A DNA stretch of 63,966 nt, the filler included, from Basidiobolus ranarum (taxonomy: Eukaryota): assembly GCA_040143965.1 (NCBI GenBank). It is 3 parts of 3 records of this genome, joined end to end, with 100 filler letters (N's around TTAATTAATTAA, not from the genome) between each part and the next. Parts side by side here need not be neighbours in the genome. Positions count along the whole stretch, not along the records: positions 22,717 to 45,297 come from JASJQH010007058.1; positions 45,398 to 63,966 come from JASJQH010007148.1; 1 more part is not named here. One strand, given 5' to 3'. Every line of letters starts with the position of its first letter. Within the stretch, counting starts at the first letter, position 1. This document shows, piece after piece, positions 36,678 to 49,819 of this stretch. The position numbers and the translations under genes are program-made. The notes beneath the pieces are model-generated. The model did no database searches, was not told where the DNA came from, and saw only the letters and a program-made list of their open reading frames with translations.

Positions 36678-38978
36678 TCACGCGGTAACTGGGTTTCTTT
36701 GAATCAAAGTAACATTGGACCTTTTGCGGTATGTTTTCATACTTTTCAATTGAGGTGACGAGGATTTTAAAGAAAATGGGGGACTGACGTGTTGTGGTGA
36801 TTCCAGTGCTTGTGTCGACATACGCTTCACGGATAACGATTCATCAAGAGTTGCTACTGGAGGCTTGGCTACTTGTTCATATAGGAGCATATATGGGTTG
36901 GCCTCTAGCACATGCTCAATGTGGACAGGCTCAACATAATCATCAGAAACTAAATACCAATCATCAGATGTTGAGGGTAAGGATTCACCTTCACGTGTTG
37001 TTACATCCCTCGAAATAGGCATACGGCGGTAGGCAACGAAGTGTCCATACAGATGATCTCCATAATGAGTAATAACAGCTTGTAGACGATATTTATAAGT
37101 GCTCACAGTCTCCTCATCCGGAAAAGATAAGGGAATATTTGGTCGTGTGTTCAAATGACCTGTTGTGCAGAAAGGTGACAAATCTAGATATTCAGGAAAG
37201 ACGACCTGGCACTCATTTTTGACAATGTACCCGGATGTATTAAAAGCAGAGCGAGAAACGTGGAGATATAAAGAAGGTGGCGGCTAGAGGTGCAAATAAA
37301 ATGAATACTTCATAGCGTAAATAAAACTCCAATTCAAATGAATGAAACCTTGGCTATCATTACTTGCTTTGTAGATATCTTGGGTATAGAACGGATAAGT
37401 TTGATGTCTCCCTGAAAACAGTTGTGAATACCATTATATAACATTTGTATAGACATAAATCTCAACTAGATTACCAACTCCGCTTCAATATTAGAATGAA
37501 GTGAGCTTCGAACAATCTCTCTGCGTTGCTTCAGCTTACTCAACTTGTTCGATTTTGCATTGGAGCCAACTCGATTAATTCTACTATCAAGATTATTTAA
37601 CGTAGCTTTTAATGAACATCTACGACAGGCAGCATCCTGCAACGCTTCTATCTCGATATAAGAATATAAACAATCCTCTAACGAGCAAACTCTCTAAGAT
37701 CAAACTTAGGTTAAACCGGAAGTAATATTGAAATCCATAAAAGTGACATTACCTTATGTGGCAGCGTAAGTGATATATTGTCAAATGTAAAATGACGAAT
37801 TGCTTCCTGAAATGTCATCAGTATCATGAATAGGAGATACATTCTTACTGAGAATAGCAATGGTAACGTACGGTGTAGCCACATTGACCGCACGCTAGTC
37901 TACTTGCTAGTAGCCCGGTGAATGGATTTTTAATCGTGGCTGATGGTGAAGATAGTTTGATAGTGGTATTCTGGAGTTTACCGATAACCTTAATTACAGC
38001 ATTGATACCAAGTGTGACTGATAATTACTACTAACCTTTTGTTTAATTGTATGGCCCTTTAAAAAGCTAACATCAAATAAAGGCTGTACAAAAGATGTTA
38101 TTTGGGCCTCCTCTCCACTCAAAGCTGAAGATATGATTTGGAAAAATTCGTGCGCATCCTAACGAAGAGCTCAGTACGATACTATCATTTCATACTAGGT
38201 GTATTCAAATTTAAATGTACCTGTTGTTCTCGATTTACCACTCGACGATTGTTTTTGAGAGCTTCAACAACGAGAAGAGGCTTAAAAGCTTTCGATTTGG
38301 TAATTTTCTGCTTTAAAACTACTCGATAAAGAAAATGAGGGAAAAGCTTCAACAAATACAGTTGAACTATAATATACCAGTGCAGGTACTTAGTAGAGCG
38401 TCAGAAACAGGCAATTCAATAGGCTCTTTACAGTTGAATTGGCTTTGCCTTTTTTTGATATTGTCCAAGTACTCTTCAAGATAGTAGGAAGTCGCGAGAC
38501 TCTAAAGCAAAGAGTTAACCATTGACACCTGAGACGAATGAAAAATAATAAAACTCAATATACTTGAAGAACTGAGTTTAAAAAACACGAATTCCCTGTG
38601 TTAATAAGACCGTAAATATAGCCTTTATCGTCTGTGTGAAGTTGGTGCAAAAAAGGAAGCAGAGATTAGTCACAAAGCGATTTACTGACTGTTAACTTCA
38701 ACAGGCCTCAGGAAAATCACCAACCAGCACTAACTATGTTCAAATGATTATTGTTTCCAGCAAGAATATCAAGCTCAGTGTCGGCGAAAACACCATTAAA
38801 AAGCCAATTGATGATAAATGTAAAGGGAGAAAATAATGTCCGTAATATACTATTTCTGATGAGGCTAAACAAACCCCTAGCAACATATCTTATTTGTGAG
38901 AGTAAGAGTAAGAATAGGAGTAACCCAGCAGTGGAAGTCAAATATCTGGACACTTATGGGAACAAAAGTTAAGAACAT
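36678..38978 (-). CDS. Ubiquitin-specific protease (peptidase C19) with N-terminal hydrophobic anchor, USP30/Ubp16/Ubp1-like; start codon uncertain
   Basis: Cys box GLINTGNSCFLNSVLQ, QDAHEF, NPFTGLLASRLAC..C, FDNISL, His box YRLQAVITHYGDHLYGHFVAYRR, WYLVSDD, PYMLLYE. Confidence 0.85.
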
Positions 38979-40895
38979 AGAGTTTGCTTAGCACGGGGAA
39001 GTGGACGAGTAGAAAAGTTCAAGTGGAGAGGCTTGTATTCTAAGGATAGCTTGGTTTAACTATGGAGGATGATACGTTCTCAGTAGAGGAACACCTAGGA
39101 GTTGTGAACTTAGAATGCGGTTAGACTATGCAGTAATTGTTGATCATCTACGATTGGTAAACTGTGTTCATTTGGGACAGCTTTTTGTTGATATTCTTTT
39201 CTCTTGGTAATTTTGCCATGATTGGGATGGATATTTTCTGGGATCTCTTAGGAATTCTATTTTTGTACAACCAATTACCGAGTGATGGCATGTCGCTTAA
39301 ATCAGAGCCTCAGTGGCGCATTAGTCCGTTGGCTCTCTTGTTTATGTAGAGTCAGATCTGATGAACTAACTGAACTAATAGAATGTAAAACGAATACACA
39401 TTTTGGCGCAACTTGCCGTAGTCATATGTAGTGAACTCGTGAATCTGCGGGATAAAGCTTTCAACCAATCGAAAGGCTTACTCATAAGCTCCAGATCTCT
39501 ATGCTCAGCTGCCATACCGATCCGAAACAAATGCAATCTCCAATGCTTGAAAATTTCATGTGATAATGAATCCCAACCCTAATCCGATTCAACGAAGTTT
39601 AGACAAGTTAGAGTATTTTCTCATTGACTCCGCACACTCGAAATCACACGTAGCTTAAGAGTTGGTGCGAACTCTGATGATGCATTCATGTTGTGTGAAA
39701 TTAAAAACAGTTGATGGAACTTGGAAAGAAGACTAGTGATAGGTTTAATCTTCGATCCCTCGTTACAAACACTGGCTTTGCTTTGGAATATACAATCTCA
39801 AAGACTTTTTGACAGTAAATGTGATGAGGAAGGTTGCTTGAACATAGGTGTACCGTTTCATGTCGGTATTCTACAATTTGTCAATAAGTTACCAGTGTTA
39901 CTAGCATCAACCAGTTTTTAAAATACTAATTTTGCAGTCAACCGAGGACTTCACTATCTATCACATGGTATGTCAAGACTGGATATATCGTATTTAAAAT
40001 TTTTCTCCGTGTCCTGCTTATAAAACGTACTCTTTACATTGTGTATGCAAGTGGTTTTGGGGTTAGATAGCTTGAGAAACTGGCACTGTATGCACAGGGA
40101 TGTTAGCTCTGATGAGTTTTGTAGCAGATACTAAATGAGGATGTTAAGTACCTATTAATAATAGTGACTTTTGTGACGATGGTACAGGTAGATGGAGCAT
40201 TTCTCTTCTCTAACATCAGAGGTGAACTAATCTTCAGTTCTAGTACTATTTTCTGTGTATCCTCTCCATTAGTCAAAGCAAAGATGAAAATAATAGTAGA
40301 GTTAAACACTTTGGAGCATATGTTCCCAAGCACTTGCGCTCATGCGAAAAATTAGCCCCTGTTATGTCTGAGATATTGCAAGTCTTCGTGAAGTAAGGCT
40401 TTGGGTAGAGGGTCTCCTATTGTATCTTCAAATTGGGATGAAATAGGCGATATAAGACATTTCTTGTCCCCCTTACTCAAGCTTCCTTATGAAGTATGCT
40501 AATTTATTGCAAGCCAATATTTCGATTTACAGAATTTTATTCAAGAAAACTAAATTGATTCAACCGCATCAGATACTCAGGATGATTCACTTTATTCCAT
40601 GGGCCCAAAAAGGATTATGGCGAATAAATTATGGGTATTCTTTTAGCTCGAATGATGAACCCTATTTTACAAGAAGTAATTTACGATAGAATGAATATTA
40701 TTCGTCGAAATTCGTGAATCGATATCATTATTGCAGTAGGAGGGATGACGTTCTTGATGATCCCATTTTTGAGGCCCTTGTTCGTCATAATTTCCCTGTA
40801 TTTATCGCCGGCCTCAATCCTCCTATCTTTTAAAGCTGCCCTTTCTTCTTACAACTCCAAGTGTTGTTGTTTTCTCTTCTTCCTGCCTTTTACAA

Positions 40896-41888
40896 ATGGA
40901 ATCCCCTAGAGCCGATCAAGTTTATATGGCCAAGCTCGCCGAGCAAGCCGAAAGATATGATGGTATGTTCTGTTGCAATTTTTATTTCTAGTTTGTTGTT
41001 TTTATTGGGTAAACATTCATAGCTGTATCATCTCGTACGATGTGAAGTGTATTTCGGTTGAACTTTACCAAAGCCTTTGATACCATACTAAATCTTCTCT
41101 CTTTCTAACAGAGATGGTTGAAAGTATGAAACTAGTTGCTGCTGGAAATGAGGAACTTTCTGTCGAAGAGCGTAACCTTCTATCTGTCGCTTACAAAAAC
41201 GTTATCGGCGCTCGTCGTGCCTCTTGGCGTATTGTCTCTTCTATTGAACAAAAAGAAGAGAGCAAGGGCAACGAAACTCAAGTTGCCAAGATCAAGTCTT
41301 ACAGAAATAAAATTGAAGAAGAGCTCACTGATATTTGCAAAGATATCTTGAAGGTTCTCGATGAATATCTTGTACCCAAGGCCAGTAATGGTGAATCTAA
41401 GGTGTTCTACCTCAAGATGTAAGTTAATAACGGTTGAATTTTGATTGATTTACATTGATTGATGATTTTTTTTATTGAAATACAGGAAGGGTGATTACTA
41501 TCGTTATCTTTCTGAGTTCGCTTCCGAAAACTTGCGTAGCGAAACCGCAGAGAAATCTTTGGAAGCTTATAAGTCTGCCAGTGATGTTGCTGTAACCGAA
41601 CTCGCTCCCACCCATCCTATTCGTCTTGGTCTAGCATTGAACTTCTCTGTATTCTACTATGAAATCCTCAACTCCCCTGATCGTGCTTGCCATCTTGCCA
41701 AGCAAGCATTCGATGATGCCATTGCTGAGCTCGATACTTTAAGCGAAGAATCCTACAAGGATAGCACACTGATCATGCAATTGTTGAGAGATAACCTCAC
41801 CCTTTGGACCTCAGACATCCAGGACTCTGAAACAGCTGAGAACAAGGATGAGATGGAGACTGAGGAGGACAAAAAGGAAGAGAACTAA
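40896..41888 (+). CDS. 14-3-3 protein (Bmh1/Rad24-like); 3 exons
   Basis: [84 protein letters not shown]. Confidence 0.97.
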
Positions 41889-44800
41889 GTCTGATCCACT
41901 AACATTTGTTACATTTAATTAATTTACACAACTGTATTAAAAATTCCTCGATCTCATGACCAACGGTTCACTGGTTCTTACTGTCATTGTTTTTCTGAAT
42001 GATAAGAATCTCAGAGATGGATGTATGTCCACCTTCTCATGACTCGAATGGAAGTTATTTTTGGATGCATTCCAAATATAGACTCCAATAAAGATCTTAA
42101 AGAGTCTCGAATGTCATTGTTGACGTATTCTCATCCATTGCGATAAAGCAAGGAGGGATGGCTATGATGTTTACAATCCCCCCAGCATCATGCTACATCT
42201 TTGTGGTAGGAATGCTGAAGATCCAGACTAGAAAAGGCATCAGTTTCAGTCCCTACCCTTCACATGATTATGTGTTACCAGCATCTAACCTCAACCACAT
42301 TGGTAATGAAGATTTCTGCATGCTCTACATCATTGTCATTGTCCAAGGCTGACTCTGAGCTCTTAAATTCGGAGGGGTTGAAAAAGAGCGGGAAATTTTC
42401 AAGTTATTACCTTTACGATTTGATATTAAAAAGGTACGTAGGAATTGTACAGTAGTGCCCAAACCGGAAGTTTGTTGAAGTGTCATGTTCATTCAGCTCG
42501 ATATGTATAATAATGTCCTAGAGTTGGATTGCCCCATTAGTCCCTTATGCACCCCGTGGAGTATATCAATATACCAAGAAATTTGAAAAATGCATCTACT
42601 GGAACGGTTGCTTAAGTGCTTTGCATTTTGTTTCTTTAGTTACTGCAGTGAGGAACGAGAGGTAGTGTCCTGTCTATTTTCAAGTTAAAATATCCTCATG
42701 TTGAAGGTAAAGTTGAGATGGATCTTTATATAAGTTCATGATCAGAATCACTGGGTCAGATGTGTTAGTGGTCTGTAATAACAAAGTCTGGTACAAAGGT
42801 ATTCTGTAATAATCAATCAATTGGGGGGAAGGCTTAGCACAAATATAACTCCTAGGAAAGTCATTCCATTGTAATCATTGCAAACAGCAATAAGTGATCT
42901 ATATTCCAGTTATTTGGAGAGTGAAGATGCAATCATTGCAAATCCAATTAGTACCTACTGGTTACTTCTCTGATCTTAGGTTTGACTGATTCTCCGCTGG
43001 TTAGATGGGAAGTTATAAAGGGTTGAAGCGATGATCCAACAGAGTTGGGGTCTTTGCGTTAATTGATCTTAAATAAAGCTCGAGAACTAGCTATCACGAG
43101 CTCATGGGATTACTTGTCTGGCAACTGCCCCAAAGGTTATGTTTATTTGCACTGGATCTGTATCATTATTACGAATTGCCATTTAAAAACCTTATCGACG
43201 CGAATCAGTAATTTGGTATTATAGCACAATACACTAGCATCTTGTCTACTATTTGCATGCCATGGCCAACATTGAATTTAATCATCATCACCTCGGTACG
43301 ATTCTGAAATACTACTAACAACTCGAATAGTCTGAATAACCGCCAGCCACTTCCTCAACATTATATGTATTAATGCGAAACGATGGAAGGAGTCAAGTAT
43401 TATGGGATTCGTAGGAAGGAATAGGTCTAGTAAATCATTTATTTATAGGGATCGATTTAATGAGGATTATGAGAGTTAACGTGTTAATTTACATTGTGTG
43501 TTATTACGATCTAGCTCATCTTGATGTCGGTCTTATATCCATCACAATTAAAGCTGGAAGGGGAACAATTTTACATGCCGGTTATAAAAGTAATCATGGT
43601 TTGAATTATAATAAGAAGCATTTTAAGGAATCCAAAATGCCTATATTATTAGCATCCCCGGTGATTGGTTTATAGCGAGTGGATTTTACAAATGCGAATG
43701 GGTTGAACATTTATGGTGAAAGTTTCCATTGTTAAACGTTTTGTTCTATAGAGTTGTAGTAGACCTCGTTTTCATCGATTGGGAGTGAATTGGATGATGT
43801 GAAATGAATCTTTGACTTTGGAATGCGTCGAAGACGTATCCATTCCGATGGTGTTTGTACTGGATCCTGAGTTGTGAATAGCATATAGAAGTTGGCCATT
43901 ATGTAACCCATATTTGAAATTTGTGTCTAAATCGCTCACTCCGGTTTGAGATTGTTGTATCAACCAAGTGTTGAAAGATGATATTTACTGGTCACACAGT
44001 GTATGGGAAAGTACTATGAAGAGATGTAACATGCAGAAGCACACCCGCAAGATTTGTATGTCCGAACTAGATAGATAAGCAGCTAGTGTAGGCTCAACAA
44101 CAATAATGCCAGTAAGAAGGAAGAATAATCAAGAGTGTGCTGACTACTATGAGAGTGAGAATCAGTATCTTAAGACCTGATGTAAAGTACGTAGAAGAAA
44201 GGAGACTGTTCAAAGGTGGGTACGGAGTATCGCACTGTCGAAGATATTTTAATGGTTTACAACTCGCGATGATTTCTTTATATATGAAAATACCAAAGAA
44301 CCAGGATCTCGTTAGCCTAGCGACTAGTGTATGACAAGGGTACTGATCGTACTAACCGGTTGACTCATCATTCTCCAAAAAGCATTGATTCATTGCGAGC
44401 GCATAATGATGAAAAGATTTGGCACACTTGACAATTTCGATCATCATGTGGATGACTTCTTGTACGCCCTCATCAGTTGCGATACATTTTTGGCTGAATT
44501 AATATGTTGGAACAATCTAAGGCTGAGTTCGTCAGTTTTCACCTGAGAGAATAGCACTGAGCTGCATCTTCGTAATGGCGAATAATATATAACATAGTGA
44601 TATATAATTTGGGTGGATCAAGGCATAAACTATGACTTGCCCTTACTACATAACTCCCCTTCCCTTCCGGCCCACCTAACACCACACTGGGATTGTCTTT
44701 GTATTCAATTTAAACCACTTTCTCCCTAGAGACTAAGCGCATGACGGCATTCGATGCTCGTCTACAACGCAACGCAACTTTCACCTAGTCATTGCCTACC

Positions 44801-45297
44801 CCGATTACATAATATATTTAGAGTATATAAAGCAACTCGGTAATGTCGATACACTCACTGAGTGCCAAATTAGGTCTCAGTGCACTCAGATCGAATGAAT
44901 CAACTTATTTAGCCAATATTACCAATCAATATCATGGTAGATCTTGGATTGACGGTATAGATTAATAACCAATGAACTGAGGTGCGTTGAGAAATGGTGA
45001 AAAAATACTGGTTAAATGGCGATAAGCTAAAAATTGGATTCAACTCAAAACCCCCATTATGGTTAGATATTTACTCGCTGGGAAATACGTTCTGGCCCAC
45101 GAACGGGTTAAACTTGACTCAATGTTATCTTTTCTTTGATTGAGGATAAGCATTGACGACAAGAGGGGACCAGCATAAACCAAGAACACAGACACAAGTT
45201 TAGGGTGCCACTTTCATAAACACCCATAGCTCGCCATATCTAAGGAGATCGCTTTACACCAATAACAATTGGCATCACCGCGAGGCTGTCTCCTTTT

Positions 45298-45397
45298 NNN
45301 NNNNNNNNNNNNNNNNNNNNNNNNNNNNNNNNNNNNNNNNNTTAATTAATTAANNNNNNNNNNNNNNNNNNNNNNNNNNNNNNNNNNNNNNNNNNNN
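45298..45397. other. Assembly gap spacer N44-TTAATTAATTAA-N44
   Basis: Same artificial 100-nt linker as at 22617. Confidence 0.97.
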
Positions 45398-46343
45398 TTC
45401 CTATTTAGAATATAGGGGCTATAGATACGTTGCTTTCTGTTTCTGATATATGTATCATAACTAAAGTTAACTATGATGTTGAATAAAGATTAATTATCCA
45501 ACAAAAACAAAAGTAAAACTTGATAGCACCATTTGCTTGCCTTGTATATTCTTTCTCTTTAATGAATCTAGAACAATAATTGTGCTCATCTCTATCACTC
45601 CTTAGAAGAGTCAATATAAGTCCTCTATCACTGTACTTGCAGTATGAATATTTGCTGGATATTGACAAGTGAACTTCATGAATACTTAAACTTCTCAGAT
45701 ACCCATGCTTGACATAGTGAAATTAGTCTCAATAACTTCTAGATTTGTTCCATCAAGCCAGGGGTTATCTGACCTATAAATATATACAACAGATTCAACA
45801 CAATTATACCGCCAATGGAGTAATCACTTAAATTGACATCTTAGCTTTGTTTTGCACTCATAAAATTTTGTAAGCATAGTGCTCGAAACCAATCGCTGAG
45901 TAGGTTGAACGTGTGCTAGGTAATAAGTTGTTTATCGCGTCACGTTATGCTTCTGTTGTGAGAAGCAATAATTCGCTGCTACCATAATAAATCGCTGTTA
46001 CCAAACTATTTTATTCTTTGTATTTGAATGCAGAGGCACTGGCAATATATATATATAGCTATGAATTGGAAAGTGATTCTACTCTTTAATTTCTCTTAAA
46101 CAGATGCAACTTCACATGCTGTGCACAGTAGCTGATGTTATGTTGAGTGAATAGTTGTTACCAGCGAAGTATTTCAAAAATATTGGTCACTTTACTTCAA
46201 ATAAATTACGGAGAAGTGAAGAAATTTACAACAAATAACACACGGTAATAAAGAAACCCTTGACATCCAGAAAGACAAAGATATTGCCACAGGAAGTCGA
46301 ATTAGAGTCCGATCAAAATTGAATGTAGGGAATAAGTGAATAT

Positions 46344-48097
46344 CTACAAAAGAGCTTGCGTCTTAATAAATTCTACCATCTCAAAAATTCCTGAGAATAT
46401 GGTGAATTTGGATTGCTTGGCGTACAGAGAAGTCTCCCGTTTTAAGAAGTTGTCTGCGTCGTTCCATTTTCGCGTGATGGACTCAAAGTCGTCTGTAAAA
46501 AGTTCAACTGATTCAAGGAACTTCTTTTGAGACTGTGAATGCGTTAGTATGCTATGGGGAGAAGCTCAGTGTAAACGAATGCATACCTCAAACGGCTGTG
46601 TACCCATTTCTACGCTGCTACCCGATAGAAGTTTACTTTGAAAGTTGAGTAGACGAAATATAAATATGGACTCGAGCTTCATTCTGTCAAGTACTAACTG
46701 ATTTAGAAAATGATCGAAAAACATGCAAAATCAACCAAACACTACATTAATCCAGCAACCCCCAGCTTTCCACTCGAAACATGTTGCTCAACAGCCTCGG
46801 CAAATAGTTGTTTGGCGGTAGAAGCTAATGCCAATATTTCCTCATAAGAGGGTACTCCAGCCTGAACGTACTAGTTAGATAAAGCAAATATTTCTTCAAA
46901 AAATTACACATCTCACCTCAATCTCATCGTACGTAAGTAGGTGGTTGAGTAACGTATTGATAAGAGTGGCACCTTTCTGTTGATCGCCACCTGGCATTGA
47001 AGCTTCATCGATATTAGAGTCTGAAGGACATAGAGGTTGAATGTTTTGTCCTGCCAAAAGCTCTTCCTCTACATCATTTCCAACTGCTGCCACTTTGTAT
47101 GAAGAAGCACCGCAAATAGCCTCTGCTGAAATGGGTCCAAGTGGAGATTTAGATGATTGGGGCAACTGCAGACGTATAATTAAGCTCCTTTCTTGGGGAT
47201 GAGATATAATTTTCAATCGCACGATAAGTTGCTTCTTGAGTGTCATTTCTCGAATACCCTTAGGCTTGACTACCTCGAGGACTTGCGGCGTCCCAAGCTC
47301 CGGAGTACTAGATCTTGATCGTAGCAACTTTGGAGTAAGTTCGCCAGTATTTCCTTCAATTTCGATATCATCTACAATTATCGTATCATCCTCTTCATTT
47401 TCGATTTGAATCGCTTTCCCTATTTGCTTCCTGTGGAGCGCTCGCTTAATCTCAATAGGAGCTGAACCTAACAGTACCTCGTCCTCGTCCCAGGAATCTA
47501 CAGACATAGTGCTTTCACTTGCCGATTCTGTATCACTATCATCTGAGGTTGAAATCATACGATGTCCATGGTATGGTATTTGCTTTCCTGAACCTGTTGG
47601 ACGTACCACTTTTCCAGAACGGTATAGCTTTCCTCCGGTTCTCCTATTTTTAGTTGGGGATAAAGATTTTCCACTCATCCCTTGTCGTGGCCTTTTGTTA
47701 CTCAAGAAACTACTATTTGAAGCTTTATCAGAGGAAGAACTATTAATTAAGGAATCTCGAGATCTTGGAGTAGGATTTGGGTTGGAATCAGGACTACTAA
47801 GAGACTCCTCCCCACTCCGAGGGGAAATTGAACTTGAAGTATATGATGAGGTCTATGAGAAATTAGTTAAAAAGATAGGCCACATATGTTGAGAAAAAAT
47901 ATCAAATAGCGTGTGCTTACTTTACTCACACAGGAATCGTATCCAGAGTTGCCAACGGAACTCATATGATTTTCTAAAAATTGGTTTGTTATCTGTTGAG
48001 TCTGAACAAATGAGCCATACTCGACTACGTTTCCAGGAGCAAAGTAACTTATGAAATCTTTCAGTTTCGATATACGCGTATCAATTTGAGAAGACAT
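46344..48097 (-). CDS. Hypothetical multi-exon protein: S-rich/acidic disordered region with basic NLS-like patches and a helical C-terminal domain
   Basis: ATG 48097 (MSSQIDTRISKLKDF), a long exon at about 47854-46917, and further GT-AG-bounded exons ending ...FEMVEFIKTQALL-TAG(46344-46346). Repeated LIVRL/LIIRL motifs. No family recognised. Confidence 0.6.
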
Positions 48098-49819
48098 CTA
48101 TTATCTGAGCGTTGGGGTTTATATCATAAGCCTTTCTTCTCAATGAAAACAGAAAAGTGAAATAACGAGGGTATTCCTAACTTGCCTAGTAGTGGAATAA
48201 TTAAAAAAGAAAAGAGTTTTATGGGGAAGTTCTTGGTAAACTCGTATAGCTAAAGGAGTAGTGACTTGGATATGATACTGGAATAAGGATGAATGACTAG
48301 GAGTTGCCGAGAGAGAGTCAAGAGCAGGTTCCACGACATCTGGACAGAATACACTAAATTGGCACTAGTTGGTGCGAAATGATTTTTTTTTACTACTTCA
48401 TTATGAATTCAGTTCGAGTAAACATAATTAGCAATGCATATCACCAGTAAGTTCGTTTAAGCTTGATGTGACCAATTGGTAAGTGGAACTTTTTTTTTCA
48501 TCGTAGATCTAGCTTTAATTAGTAATAGTTATCTCTGCAATCTAAGCCAGTTGCCAATAGGATACGAGGCTTGGCAAAGTTATTAATAAATAGATTTTCT
48601 CAACTCGAAAGCTGGGGATCTGAAGGCAAAATCTCAAGCCATAGTGAAGTTGTATCTTTTAGGGCACTAGGAGCTCTCCACCATAACTTGTATCACTCCA
48701 TTTGATCGGATTGAAGAGGGCGTATACAGTGAACGGTGGGGTGGTCCTTCACGTGTGATTTTCCATGGAATATCTAGATTGATAGGATGGCTTGGACCAC
48801 AATTTGTCTCTAGCCAACGCCTTGAAAGGTAGGAAGCGGCAATCACGAAAGAAGTCAATATTACTGCATTTCCGAAAAGGGATATTATTTTTGGATATTG
48901 CTGCAATTGTTACAACTTAACGTGCATATTCATAGTTGGCCTTTTAAGATCAACCGCGCATACTTCCCCAGCGATACAAACATTAATAAATCAGGTAATT
49001 CTGATGCATAGTCGTATCGCATGATGATTTCTATTCTTTCTAGATAAGATCATGCAGTAGGAACTTTATCACCCTAGACCCACTTCGTGACTGTACTTTA
49101 TAGAATGTGGGTGTATGATAAAATCACAGAAGCAAGGTTTTAATAAACCCATTGTATCTTTCAAAGATGTCTCATTGCAGTAGAATATTCAATTACACTT
49201 CGACAAGTAGATTCGTGGGTCGACCAAGGTTCTATCGCTACTGTTCAACAACTGTCGTCACTAAAATCTCATGACGCTTAAGTAAGCACTATTTCAATAT
49301 ATTGCCAAAGATCACTGTTGAATTCCTATATATGGCTTCAAGCTATACTGGTTTCCCGAAGATCATTAAAGATGTAAGTCACAAACTCCGCATCTCTCTA
49401 GGCTTTTTAGTTAACTTTCAAGGTTTTGACATCTACTTTAATTGTAATCAAGCCCAAAAGGATGGGTGTGAGGTACGGTGAAGCAAAATACGTCCTGCTA
49501 AATAAACATGGTTCACTAACCGACGGGGTCACAGGTAACTCATAGCTTTACACTACACTGTTGCGTCAAGTTTAACAAGGTTGATACACAGTGAAATTAT
49601 GCTTGACGATCTAAAATGTGTTTCTCTCTAAAATAACCGTAGATAAATTTAACTGACCAAGGGTGATAGTATTTGCAGTAAACACCCTTCATTGGAATAA
49701 CTGAAAACATTCATAAATTCGGTTTGAAACTGCCATTCAAATTCGGTGCTTTTTGCATTTTATAAAGTACACGTAGGGTGAGACAGAGGGTAAAGAAACA
49801 TTGAAATTAGTTTTGCCAT

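Noticed and set aside
39700-40460. Possible RNase H relic (YIVYASGFGV)
   Set aside because: Isolated weak similarity, and the motif order is inconsistent with a pol polyprotein.
48600-48906. Gypsy pol-like fragment (GPPHRSLY...)
   Set aside because: Only a vague resemblance to the protease-RT linker, too weak to call without a profile search.
48935-48955. U2 snRNA-like GGCCTTTT..AAGATCAA
   Set aside because: Lacks the GTGTAGTA branch-recognition sequence.
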